From assembly GCA_028023455.1 (NCBI GenBank), contig JAQFVV010000002.1, positions 6,324,001 to 6,388,000 of the forward strand: a DNA stretch of 64,000 nt, read 5' to 3'. Under the pieces are notes generated by a model. It was not told the origin of the DNA and did no database searches. It saw only the letters and a program-made list of their open reading frames with translations. This stretch comes from Epiperipatus broadwayi (lineage: Eukaryota; Animalia; Onychophora). Below are positions 11,537 to 24,552 of the stretch, piece by piece (positions within the stretch are counted from its first letter, which is position 1; each line of letters starts with the position of its first letter). Both the position numbers and the translations under genes were made by a program.

Positions 11537-14500
11537 AGTAAAACACCATCAACACAAATCTTCAGGAAAACACATCAATACAATCACTTTCATTCTCTTT
11601 AATGTTGTCTATTTTCTTCATTTTCCATTTTCTTCCATTGAAGACAAACATTGCTTGGTTTTCTGCATCATGTCTCCTTTATTTTATTCTATTTTTTGAT
11701 TTATTTACAGTTGAATTTCTTTCAGAAGTTGTATCATGCACTGACACGGTTTTAATTTAACTAGGGAACGCTGCTTTTCATTAAGCATTGTCTGTATTGA
11801 GTGCTAATATTGCATCATTATATTTAAAAGTATTAAGATGTCGATGTGCTTCTCTACTCATACAACTTCCTCAGAGTATTTTTAATATCATATGGCTGTC
11901 TTCTTCCTATGGTAGATTCACAGGTATTGAACTATTATTTTGAATATCTACATCCACGTTAGAGAAATTAATCAAGAATTGATAACTTCATTATTAATCA
12001 ATTGATTATTTATCTATCACATGACATGAAATATTTAAGCTCAGACCATGTGCATCTTAAACTCTTCACCATTTTTTTTCAGTGTTCTAAAGTACATTTT
12101 TTATAATTACTTATTATTTTGCTAGATTTAACTTATGCAGTGCTAAGATAATTAGCTATGTGGATCTATAGCTTTGCCTTGATTGCCACTTTTTAAAAAC
12201 TTTTCAAATTATTTGCATTTAGAAAACTCCAACAATTCATAAACAATAAAGGAAGCAATCTGCTGTAACAATACTCTGTGACCATGAAAAATTTTATATC
12301 AAAGTATAATTGCATTGCTAGAATTTTTAATTAATATTCAATTATTTGTTTAGTCATACTAAATTTTTTTAGAATCAAAAACTTTAAATGTTGAATGCCA
12401 GAACATTTATAACTTTACATTACTATTAAAAGAAATTTATATGCTTAATTCTACAAGAAACTATAGACATTATATTTTTCAAATTCTAAGTTTTGCTGTA
12501 ACACAATGTACTTCTTTAAGCTTAATTTGATGTTTTTAAATCAAATTAAATTTTTTTCTGAGCTTATAGGGCATTGTGAACAATAAAGTACACATTAAAT
12601 AATTACAAATGTATAAATGCTTTGCCTTCCACTGAAGAATCTATTCTATTGTTATGTCTAGGAAATTGGTAAAATTTCTTATTGTGCTATTGTTTTGTAA
12701 GGGATGAAATGTTTCTTTCACTGTTTACGAAGTTGTAAAATTGGTTATATTATATTTATTATGTATTGTTGTTTACTATGAAATATTATATAAATGGACA
12801 AATGTCATTTTCTTGCTTTTAACTTCGAATGTATTTTATTTGCTTATAAATATTTTATCTCCTAAAGATAAAATATAAGATTAACTCAGTACTTTCTCCA
12901 AACTATGGACTGTTGAACGAACAACTATTAGACTTAATGCTTTTAAATATTTAATTGCTCTTAAAATATAAGATGTTACTTATTCTGTGCTTGCTGAAAT
13001 CTCATTATATCTGTAATGTGCATTGTTTAAAAAGTTTGCTGAGCTTCTGAATTAAAATTATTTATTGCCAAATAAACTTTATATTACTTCAATGAAAGAT
13101 ATATTTTCCTCTTTATAGTGATTCATTGTGTGAAGCTACCAATTGTGTTTTCAAGTGTAACAATATTTTTATAAATGTACCTAAAAATGAATTGTTAGAT
13201 ATTGTTTGATTTTTTAATTACTTTCAAACAAATTATATTTTTTATTATAATGTTATTTAAATAATTACCTTATTAGTGCTTTGAACGGCTTGCACTAATG
13301 TCAGTGTTTATTATTCTACATACATAAGATTTTGAATTATTTACTAATATTCATAATCATCTTCATATTCTAGTAAATCTTCAACGTGTCTAAAGACTCT
13401 TTTATTGGAACTGTTGTGATACCAAATGGGATAAAATCAACAGTTAACGACTTATGAATTATAAATTAGGTAGAGTAAAAATATTTAGTTATAAGTTTTA
13501 TTCCTATGTGTATGTGCTATTTCTGTATGGTTTTACTATGTTTATCATGATTGTTTTTAGAATATTACTTTTTTTTAATATATTCGTTCTGTATAGAATT
13601 ATATAGAATGTGTAAAAACGAATTGAAATTAATGGAGTAAATGTATTTTTTTTTTATTAAATCATTAACCCATAAATTTCTATGCCTAGTTATATTTTGG
13701 TGTAATTGTTATATTTTATTACTTTTTCATATCGTTTATTTGTTATTGCCATATAAGATAAAAGGATGAGCTTTATTTTCATATATTGTTTTATCATGCT
13801 AGTAAGATAATGTTTGTCTAGAGGGCACCATATGGTACTGTATTTTAGACGACCTTCTGTGACACTTTATTATTCTCATATTTTTAATCTTAGAGATAAA
13901 GTCCTTATTCTTTATGTTTACTTTTGGATACCTGTTATTTTTGGAGTCTATTCCATTATTTTGCTTTTTTAAAATATTCCTTGATGTTTATTTAGTTGAA
14001 TATTTGTTTAAATTGATATGTGATAGCACGCATGTCTTATTTCTTTTCTTGAAATATTTTAAGGTCATGTATGCTGCAAATCATAGCTCTATTTTTGCTC
14101 TTGATAAAATCAAAGTAGTTTATGACTATTTATATGGTTGAAATGCCCAATATTCGTATCTGATATGTATTAGAATCCTTGATATAGATCTTCGACTTAA
14201 CTTTGTAATTTTAGACTTGACTCTAAAATTGTATATCTTCCAAATTCTCGCTATTATTATGTCGGTAATATGTATTTCAGAATACAATACTATTAAATAC
14301 ATTTCCTACAAAGATATATGTAAATGAAACTTGGATTAATAAAATGTGAGAGCTGTCTCTACTCATAGGCAAATGATATACGGCTTATTTATTTATTTAT
14401 TTTTCTAATTGTAAATTACAATATTATGTTCAAGCTGTGATAATTATGACTTCTGATTTTGTTAAAATGTTGAATGATTTCTATTCTCGTCATCTTCATT

Positions 14501-14585
14501 GATTTTAATAAATATTGTTTTAATTAATAATCTTGGCATTTTCATTTATATCATCATCTACATTTCCAGAAATTAAAACGACATA
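10751..14585 (+). repeat. Segmental duplication block X, copy 2
   Basis: Colinear with 290-4140. Confidence 0.95.
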
Positions 14586-14627
14586 TATATATAATATAGT
14601 ATATATGTGTGGGAGATGATAATCTGG

Positions 14628-14671
14628 ACCAACTGATGATTGCTGGTTTAGCATGAAATACTTATATTGGT
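14628..14671 (+). ncRNA. Minimal type-I hammerhead-ribozyme-like motif in a ~230-bp copy-specific insert (14590-14816)
   Basis: ACCAA-CTGATGA-T-TGCT(ggttt)AGCA-T-GAAA-TACTT-ATA-TTGGT: 5-bp stem I, intact core, 4-bp stem II, near-palindromic stem III, AUA cleavage triplet. U.U at 10.1/11.1 is non-canonical. Confidence 0.55.
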
Positions 14672-14816
14672 GATTATTTATCTTTTCAGCATATATGTGC
14701 TTGAGTGTATCAGTGATATTAGATAGAGTGGAGAGTGATGGGTCATCTGAAAGTCTGTACTCATATAACTTATATTACATATATAGACACAAGTATATAA
14801 TAAGCCTGTGTTTCAG

Positions 14817-15176
14817 TTAGTACACGAATATTATAAAAGTCATTTTATTAAAATGTATACTGTTGATGTTTAAAACAACACCCATAAATAAAATTGTTTT
14901 ATTTAATTTTGAAATAAGACTATAACAAAAACTTTGATATGATATATTTGTATCAACACCTCAGATTTATTTATTGATGGCTGGTGGAGTCTTTAGTCGA
15001 TCAGACTGCATTTATTTTCGTTGGTTAAACGTTTATATATATATATATAGAGAGAGAGAGATATGAATTGAATGCCTTATCCTGTAGTAGCATTTATCTT
15101 AAATTATTTAAAAAAAGTCTTGTTTAGAGCTTATTAGCACACTCTTAACTTTACATTTTTGTTAAATACAAGACAT
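14817..15176 (+). repeat. Segmental duplication block Z, copy 2
   Basis: Colinear with 9206-9596. Confidence 0.92.
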
Positions 15177-15276
15177 ATGTATAAGCCATGTGATATCTGA
15201 CTTTATATATTGCTACAAAACAATGTCTGCTTTATGATTTATTATATATGTTATAATTTATTTTTTACTTTGGTAG

Positions 15277-15666
15277 ATGCTCTCACTTCCATCACGACAT
15301 CGGTAAAACCATTCCAAAACCTTGCTGCAACTTATAGCTTCCTTCAGTCATTCTAAATGTTTCAGTAGCTATTTTGCTCAATCTACAACAACTTTTAATG
15401 TTAGTTTGTTATTCCAGCATGTGTTAACGTATGAAACATACTATCAAATTTTCTGACTTGCCTACATTTATAAATTTTTGGTTCAATAGCCAACCTATGT
15501 CATTACATGATACATAATTTTATTCAAAGATTAAGTTTCAGGTAGTATGGGGGGAAAGCCAATCATTTCTTTATATTTTTATTTAAAAACAAAAAAGTTA
15601 TTTGTGATCGATACTTATTTTAAATGACAATTGATGCACTGTTGTATTCACCCTTTGGTGCTTGAC
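15277..15666 (+). pseudogene. Four phase-consistent exons of an unidentified decayed gene (15277-15302, 15366-15428, 15490-15541, 15598-~15666)
   Basis: GT-AG introns of 63, 61 and 56 nt. Spliced product MLSLPSRHR-SYFAQSTTTFNVSLLFQHVLT-QPMSLHDT*FYSKIKFQ-LFVIDTYFK*QLMHCCIHPLVLD has two in-frame stops; the last acceptor is weak. Confidence 0.6.
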
Positions 15667-15878
15667 GTAGTGTGTGCTTAAGTTTTTTTGTTCTAGTGGA
15701 CATCATGTTTGTAATAGATTTTTATATATATTATTCCCCAAAGTAAACAGTTAGTGCTTATTTATTGACGCAATAATTACATTGACGAGCTAACAATGAA
15801 TTATTATTTTTTCCTTTTTTAACTTTGTCTTAACTGAGAAAGATTAAAAATTTAACGGAGAAAACTTAAAAAGATACA

Positions 15879-16471
15879 ATGTTTTTCTTAAGAAATCCTC
15901 TTTCTAAGCAGCAACGAATCGATATGTACATAGATTTCGTCAGTAAATATGTACAATTCACCATTCTGAGAACTCATCGCAGATGTTTTCGACTGCTTGG
16001 AATATTAGAGTCGATTCTTTTTAGAAGAAGATATTGCAAATATTGATTGTTACATACTTTTTTATTGCGCTACTAAGGTCGCACTGGTGCCTGACAGACT
16101 TCGTGATAAACCATGGTAGTTAGATCATTGACACACCACTATATCAAAAGACTCTAAAAACTATGAAGACATATAAAACAAATAATGGAATTTGGGACAT
16201 TTACACAAACATGATGAAACATCTTGGAACTGATGTCTTTTTCCATCGACAAAAAGCCAAAGATTTCTTAAAATGGTCATCTTTCCACGCAGCTTTATCT
16301 ATTAAAGAACAAAAGACTTTAGTGGCTGGCCTAATTGAAGCTAATTTTCAGATCACATGCAAAATGAAATTGTCTTATTTTTTGCATACCAGAAAACTTT
16401 TCCCGTTTAAAAAGAACAGCCTGAGAATGTACAATTCTATGTTAGATAAACAAAATGAATGTAGTTACTAA
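15879..16471 (+). pseudogene. Long coding-like segment with two frameshifts, unknown protein
   Basis: MFFLRNPLSKQQRIDMYIDFVSKYVQFTILRTHRRCFRLLGILESI, shift in a T run, LEEDIANIDCYILFYCATKVALVPDRLRDKPW, shift, IIDTPLYQKTLKT plus ORF 16163-16471; CpG-retaining. Confidence 0.5.
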
Positions 16472-17992
16472 AATATTGCATAAAAATATTTTTAAAAAAA
16501 AATTAATTTGTTGTTGTAAAAATCATAAGATGTATTATATTGTTTAATATTATGTATATAAAGTTTATACAAATAAAGTTATTGCATTTTAAATCACGAG
16601 TTGTTGTTTTTTATTACTATAATTATTATTTAAATTCAAGTATATTACATAGACTTAAGTTATATGTAATTAAAGGAGATTCGTTAAGATGGAGTGAATT
16701 ACAAGAGGGAGCTTACAAAACTCCTTTAATTACGATTATTTTTATTTATCTTTAATATTTTAAGCCTTAATGAGCTTAGTCATTTCGAGATAAGCAGGCA
16801 TATATTACTGCATATTGCCAATGCGTATGATATATTTGTGGACACAAATACTAATTTTGACAATATTCATTTGTATTAATATATCATATATGTATAGGTA
16901 AGCAAATTTCTCTGTATACAGTTGGCATGAATGGGGACGATGTGAGAATTCTTAGGACAGGTTATGTAAGGTGCAATGCAAGCAATCATTATTTATTTGT
17001 ACCTAAATTAAGAATTAAGATTTTTTTATGACAAACAATAGTAAGCAAATTATTAGGATTTTACGTTTTTTCTACAAATTTTATATCACCAAATAAAATC
17101 TGCAAAATTTGTAAAAGTCAACATATTTCTAATAATCATATAATTTTTGATATTTTTATGCTAGTATTTTATTAATCCAGCATAAGGTTTTCTGTTTGCA
17201 TGAATGCTTTGTACTTCTCAATCTTATGCCATTGCTTGATGAGTAATAAATAAAATTATTGTTTGGAAACTCACAAAATATTGAACACATTAAGTAACAG
17301 AGCATTGCAGCGCTCATCACTAGAGTCAGCCAGCATCATTTATTAAAGAAAATAAATTTCTTATTGCGAAGTAACTGTTATATTTTTAAATGTGAAAAAA
17401 TGTATTTTTCTTAATATCCAATTTGGCTGTATGATCACATATCTATTAAATATTTTTTATAAATGGTGCTAGTATAATTTAAGCTGAAAACAATGAAAAA
17501 ACATGCAGGGAATACAGTTTGCCCGATAATAACAGTAGTCTTTCATATATTAAAATGTTGCAAAAGGTTGTGATGTAGTAACAGTCACATAAATAGGTAA
17601 CTGCTATTTTTTTTAAATAACGGTTCATAACGCATACTAGTAATGATAAGAAGAAGAAGAACAAGAAACAGGAGAAGAAAAAGAAGAAAATGTAGCTCAG
17701 CAGTTGTTCATCTGTCAACATTAAAGGTAAAATGTTCCAGTTTTGTTTACTTAAAATTCATTTAAAGCTTTCACTTGAAAAGATAAAAGTCATTTCTTAT
17801 TATAAAGTTTTGCCTTCAATTTAAAGATGACTCATTTTTCAAATTTGTTTAAATTTGGCATTCAAAATTTACAAAATAATTGATTTGCCTTTCAGTAATT
17901 TGCTAAGATGGCAACTGAGCTGTCAAATGCCTGGGTGGATGGCAGCAATTTTATTAACACTGAGTTTCAAAGTTCACCGGTAATAAAAACAA

Positions 17993-19060
17993 ATGCTAAT
18001 GATACTTACTATATATAATGGTCACCAGATCAATATCAATAATAATAATAACCCAATAGTTATATATAACAAAAGTAATATTTCACCCATTTCTAATTTC
18101 ACTAACACAGAATTCCAAATTTCAAAGATAATACAAACATATGCTAATTTTAGTAAAAATGACCCTCAACATACCAATAGTAAACATACTAATAATCCAA
18201 TAGATGTTAATAGCAAAGGTAACAATAATTCATCTTTCCTGAGTCAGCTGCAATATATAGAAATACAAACTCTAGTAACATCAAAGAACTGTACCTCGAT
18301 ATCCAAGAAGCACATTGCCCTTTCCTTTTTAGTTTGGAGCCCTGCTGTTTCTAGGATATTTGGTGATAGGTTCAATAATTTGATCCCACAATGATAATTT
18401 GCATCTTTTAAAACATTATATACTGCTAGGGCCATAATTCTATCTTGTACAGACATTAAAATTTTTTTATATAAATTTTCTAGGCAATTTTTATTTGATG
18501 CAATATTCTTGCAAGAAATATGGGACACCATAATTCATATTGTTGACCATCCAAATCTCAGATATTTGGTAATTGGTTTATTTCATGAGTCTTTCAGACC
18601 ACACAGACAGACCAATTTCAAGTACACCAGTTGGAAAATTTACCACAATTACATTAGATCGAAATCGCTACAACTGTATCCCAGGATGTTCAAGAACACT
18701 TACTTGAGATACAACGTTTAAGATTTCCAGAAAATGATGTAACCATTTGTCAAAGTTATATCTTTTAACCCAATATATATATAAAGGGTTTTTTATATCC
18801 ATCCCTAGTAGCAGCTATGCTTTCAAACTGTAACTGTTCCGTGACATTGATCTGAACATAATTCCAATACACTTCCTTGACCATTTCTACCCTATGCCTA
18901 TATATCAGAAATACTAAAACCCACATACTACTCCTGTCATCAGAAGGGTCATTTAGTGTTGCAAACTGCTAGCTTCCAACCTTCACTTTTATGAAAACCA
19001 GCTGATCACCTAAATTCCCAGATCACAAAGAACAGCAAACAGTGAATCTTTTCATAATTA
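17993..19060 (+). mobile_element. Possible decayed gag/ORF1-like fragment with a broken CCHC knuckle
   Basis: C-N-I-C-K-K-Y-G-H-H-N-S-Y-C can be assembled at ~18497-18543 only across small indels; Asn-rich ORF upstream. Confidence 0.25.
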
Positions 19061-21779
19061 CAACCATCAGTAGGCAAGAGGTTATTCATGCATATACTAA
19101 CTATTCTATATACTCATCAATTATTCTTATAAATGTAAGAAATTGACATATCTCTTTATCTAAACATACTTAATTTAAAATTAAATTTTAGAACAACCAG
19201 TAAAAATAAATAAATGTATATAATTTTTTTTTGGTCTGTTTTCATACTCATTACAAATTTAGACGATTAAGAAATATATATACCTTAATTTCCTATCTAA
19301 AACTAGTATAATATTATAACAAACATGAACAACAAAATAAAAAAAATCATTATTATCTAATTTAATTCCCCTAGTTCATAATCTGAGTTTTTTCACTATG
19401 AGCTGACTGACAAGAAAAATGACATTATTCTGGGTTAAACATTTTACAAACAAAGTATTCATATTTTCTCATGTCTATCTCAATATTGGAAAATCAAACC
19501 ATGAATACTTTATTGCAATATAATAACGATATAATAGAGCTTATAATTATTTTCTGCAAAATTTTGGATCCCCCTTATTTGACTAAATTGTAATTTTTAA
19601 TAAAAACTTCAAGTAGCAAGATAAAACTTTCACAAAAGCATTTTTTTTTTTTTTATTATAACCATGGTAATACTTTTTAAATAATTGGTGACAACTTCAG
19701 CATTTCAAATTATTTTGAATTCATTTGTTAATACTTAAAAATAATATTAATTCCAATACTCCACCTCAGTTATTAAGAACCAGATATTTATTCATTTATG
19801 TTTTTATATCCCTATTATTAAATATGTTCTGGAATAATATAAGAAATGGTTGTTTTTCCCTTATTAGGATTTCCATTAAAGATCTTTAATAAATGTAAGT
19901 TAAACATTTTTTTTCATTTATTAGTATAATAAATGTATTTCAATTTTCATTTTTAATGATGAATCACGTTAGTGCTTCAAAAGATTTATCAAACAATATG
20001 TTGTTGTTTTTTTTTTTTAAAAAAAAAAGATAACTTCAGCATTTTTATAAATTTATTAAACTTTATTATCTATTTGGAGTCAACTTCACTTGATTCAATG
20101 TGAATTTTAAAAGTTTTGTCCAAATGATTTTTAATTAGAGTTTTATTATATACTTGATAAAAGCAAAAGTATTTTATATTTACCCTATAAGAAAATGAAA
20201 AGAATTTTTTTTCTTTTTTTAAACAATTGATGAGGGATTTTCAAATGTACATAATAATTATAATAATAAAAATTGTAATCGTATGTGGAATAAAATTTCA
20301 TGCTTACGATTTTTGTCTGGTTTTGAATTCAAGCTTATTTTTGGTAAAATACTTGTTTTTCAAACTGGTCTTTATTTTTCTCCCAGTGTAAAATCTTGGC
20401 AAATGTTGATCAATAGTTACAGAGTTCATATGCACACAAGGAATTAAAATTTTCTATTCCATGATTTAAGAATTGCAATATATTTTAGTTTTGATCAATT
20501 TAAATCCAGTGTTATCACTTTTTCAACTTTCTTCTTGATTTATTTAGCTTTGTTGTTTCAGATGGTAATGTCTTTCTTCTATTCTTTTATTAATAGTCAT
20601 CCCTCTACTACTTATGTTGAGGTATGTATAATGTTTATTACATTGAATTGTGGTACAATTAAAAATAGACCAATAAGAGCATAATGTGCATATAATTAAT
20701 ACTTCTCCCCCTATATTCATAAGTAATAATTAATCAGACTATTCAATATTAACTTAAATCGCTATAACACAAGATACTTAGGAATTAATTACACAAATTG
20801 ATTTAGGAGAGTTACAAATTTAAATCTTTTTAACCATTATTATTTAATAATAATAAAATACCAAAACACATTTATACTTTCAGATTAATAATAATGGAAT
20901 TAAATTCTCATTTAAAGATTATTGAAAATTTGTCCACCTAGCAAACTGCATATAGAATCTTATACACACCCTGCCAGATGGCTTACCATATTTTGAACAG
21001 TCGGAGTCTTCATCACTTTTATATGACAGAGAAAATAAGCATTTTACATTTAATTACCATCTGTAGTTATTCTAGCATTTTGGCAGACAGAAATTCATAC
21101 ACTAAATAATTTTACTACAATTTCTCATCACAGATCAAATTGAATATCAAATAATATAAATGCTTAAAAAAATTTACAACAGCAGTTTTCTTTACAATTT
21201 TTACTCTATGATGCAGAATTATATACAAATACATGTATTGCATGAATAATATTTTAATATACAAAACACACATTTATTTATAATGATAGCATATTTTTAT
21301 TGTTGGATTAATATATATGTATATACAGAGTGATAAGTTTTTAAAATAGGAAATGACATTTATATAAAAATTTGTCATAAAATAAAAATGGCAGTAAATG
21401 TAAGCAATTTTTAAATCTAAATGGATAATAAGCAAATTTTATGAAATTAAAAAAATAAATAAATAAAGGGATTGAAATTTTCATGGTTTACAATTGATGA
21501 TTAAATTGAATATTTATTTCTGTCATATGTATATTGGTGTTTTAACAGTTAATAATAATTGACTTACATAAAAAGATGGTTATTTTAAATTATTTATATC
21601 TACATATTACATTCTTTATATCAATACCCCATTTGGTTTCAGTTTTATCAGTAGATGTAATTTGATTATAAATAAGCATATATAATTGAACAGTTTTGAT
21701 TACATTTTGATTTAGATGGATATGATATAAAATGTTGCTATATATTAATGTATATATATACTTACATGTATGTGTAAGT

Positions 21780-21783
<4 letters not shown>

Positions 21784-21835
<52 letters not shown>
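21784..21835. repeat. (TA)26 microsatellite
   Basis: Read directly. Confidence 0.97.
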
Positions 21836-21838
<3 letters not shown>

Positions 21839-22316
21839 CAAGCAAATAAAATGTATAGTATATATATATATATGTATAAATTGATTAATAATAAAGATTT
21901 AATTGGTAGTGTGAATAAAGTATTTATTTCTTTGCCCTATAAGGTATCAATTAATAAATTGAATTTATAAGAATAGTTTCCTCTTCGGTGGTATGAAAGT
22001 GGCCTGGGAGAAAGGCTTCAACTGATTGCAAATCTATTCCTGGGGTAGTTTATAGAATACCTTGTAGGTGTCAAAAAACTTATATAGGTTAGAGTTAATT
22101 AAGAGTAGAGTTAAAAATAGATATCAAAACTCAGCTTTGTATATCATGAACAAAATAAAGGTCATAAAATAATATTTGGCAATGCAAAAGTTATCTTCAT
22201 TAAAAAAAGGAATTTGAAAAGAAGAGTATAACAAACCTTGATATTTTTTTAAAATCTGAGGCCATCAGTCTCATGAAAATATCTTTTGATGTAAAAGGGA
22301 GTTTATTGTTGAAGTG

Positions 22317-22602
22317 AATGATGGAAAGACTATTTTATTTTATATATATATTGAACCAGAAGCTTTATCCACTTCAAAAATTCCATCATGAAATTAAAAC
22401 TAACTTTTACTTTTATAAAGTTTTTCAAAGAAAATTATTTAAAAGTTTTGTATGTTATAGCACACGTACTTATTTATATTTTAAAAGTTTGTGATTTTAC
22501 TTTTCAATATATTTTAGTTTAAAATAATTTTCTTTTGATGCTTGTTTTTTTTTCCTTACAGTAATTAAAAGTAAGCAAAATTTTAGTCTTTTTGAAAAAG
22601 CA
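22317..22602. repeat. Dispersed repeat matching 1-289
   Basis: Direct match; the element probably extends further left. Confidence 0.9.
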
Positions 22603-24506
22603 TTTTAATTTTTGATTGTGATCAAGTTTCTTTTTATTTTTGATTGTAATCTTTTTTTAAAAAAATGGAACCGAGTCCTGGTTTTGCATTTACTTTTTTT
22701 AAAATTAATTTTGAATAAGATAAGTGCTCTGATCAGATGTTGCTTTTTTAATTAGGATTAAGCAGGAGATAGAGATTTGGCATAGACAAAACTTCTAATT
22801 AAAGATTAACTGGGAGATAACAGTTCATTTAAATAGACCTGGTTTTCAGTGATTATTCTACAAATTATTTTTCTTCTGCTCATTTTTATTATTCTGTCTG
22901 TAATACCTATTTGGATTACTGTGATGTCTTATGTTTTAAAGATTGCTGTTCATGTCTTTATATCACCATTGCTGATATTATATTTTTGCTGTCTTCTAAT
23001 AGTAAATTCTGCTGAAATCATATTACTGACTACTATTTGCTAAATAGTGATCATCCCTGCAGAATTCCAAAACTATATGCCATACAAAATCTTCTTTATA
23101 ATAAGCTGTGCTAAACCTTTCCAAAGATGAACCCTCAGATTCCTAATTGTGCCTTCAATATCATGTCCTAAAAGTTTAAACCAGAACAGGGCCAAAGATT
23201 GCCTCCATACTCTTGACCAAAGAAATATAAAACAAAAGCTTCCATGATGGACTTGAGTTAGAAAGAACATTGTGTGCCCTACTGGAATAACCATATGGAC
23301 AATGTAAAGCTTGATAGGTAACTGAAAATTCTTATGTTGAAATCAGGGCTTAAATCTCTGTTAAAGTCTCAGATTAATGTTAAAAGAAACTTGTCTCTAT
23401 AATCCATTTTGTTTCCTTATTTATATATCTTTATGAAATTTATTTGTCCAAGAGTGTATTGCAAGTTTAGATTTTATAATTATTGTCTCTTTTTTATTAT
23501 TACTAACAATTGATAAATGCTTTGGCAGATATTCGTCATTTTTTAACTCATTTGTCCTGTATTCTTTCATTATAATTAGTTTAGTCAATCTTGGTTTGCA
23601 TTTCTTGCAGACTAAATCTTTTGGTTAGTGATTTATTGAGTGTATTGTTCTATTTTTCCTAAATCAGAGATTTTGTTTTCTTCTATTTAAGATTATGTAA
23701 ATCATAATCTTTTCTTGTTATATTTTCTTTTCTTGTATTGGAATCAACCTTGATGATCTTGAACATAGTCATTCATGGGCTATTCTGCAGACATAAGTCC
23801 TGGTGCTTCTTTTCCAGGCTAAGGAAATATTGCCTGTGCTGTTTCATTGCATTTCCTACAAGTATGATTTGTTTTGAAATCTCTAAATAAAGACACTGAA
23901 ATTAGTTTTTTATAAATCATTAGCAGGAAGAAATTATAAATCCCTTTTTAAATCTTTGGTGAGAAAACAAATTTATCTGCCAGGGTGTTTAATGTTTCAA
24001 TACTCACATACACTCTCTGTTAAATATGCTAGAGAAATCTAGGTCAAACTTTCATATTTTGTTTGCCTGGGATTTATTATTGTAAATTTAATAAACTATG
24101 AAATAATTTAAAATTATTTGTGCTGATGTTTGTCTCTGTATTCTTTTCACAATTGTCTGAACAATGTTAAAGATCTCTTTCTCTCCCTGGGTATAGCTGG
24201 TAACATTCATCATCATCATTAACTTTTGGATCACCATAAATTAAATTATAATAATCAATAAAGAAAGTCATTTATAGTGTGACACTGTTTATTACAATTT
24301 TATCTTTAAGGCCTTGGCAATGCTAAGGTTATTAATATATGATAGATCTGAATTTGGTCCAGTCCCGTGTAGTTATTAAGTTAGATATCTAGAATTAAAG
24401 ACATATTCATGTCGAAAAATTTCAGAGTTTCTACTTAAATGTTATGTATTAAATAAGTGCTGGGTTTTGAGTTGATATTTTAGATCTAGTATCTGAATAT
24501 TCTAGT

Positions 24507-24552
24507 TCCTCACTGAGGTGAGCCAAAAATTCGAAACCAATTTGTCTGGGGA
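24507..24552 (+). ncRNA. Degenerate type-I hammerhead-like motif
   Basis: TCCTCA-CTGAGGT-GAG(ccaaaaa)TTC-GAAA-C(caattt)GTC-TGGGGA: 6-bp stem I, G10.1-C11.1 pair, GUC triplet; A9 missing or replaced. Confidence 0.45.

Noticed and set aside
13893-14330. Alternative genetic code or NUMT (TGA=Trp) explaining interrupted frames
   Set aside because: TAA/TAG stops and frameshifts also interrupt these frames, spliceosomal introns are present, and no mitochondrial gene is recognisable.
15879-16471. Endogenous viral element (nudivirus/polydnavirus-like ORF)
   Set aside because: No viral motif recognised; it is colinear with short-intron exons, so a host-type pseudogene is simpler.
17479-17721. Minus ORF with a Phe-rich stretch
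   Set aside because: Reverse reading of a GAA/AAG-rich low-complexity tract.
19990-20030. T-run/A-run palindromes (also ~39362 and ~61890)
   Set aside because: Homopolymer juxtapositions expected in AT-rich DNA.
21590-21970. ORFs with YIYIYI repeats
   Set aside because: Artefacts of the (TA)n microsatellite.
22850-23900. Minus-strand gag-like relic
   Set aside because: Only scattered CxxC and coding-like patches, no diagnostic motif.
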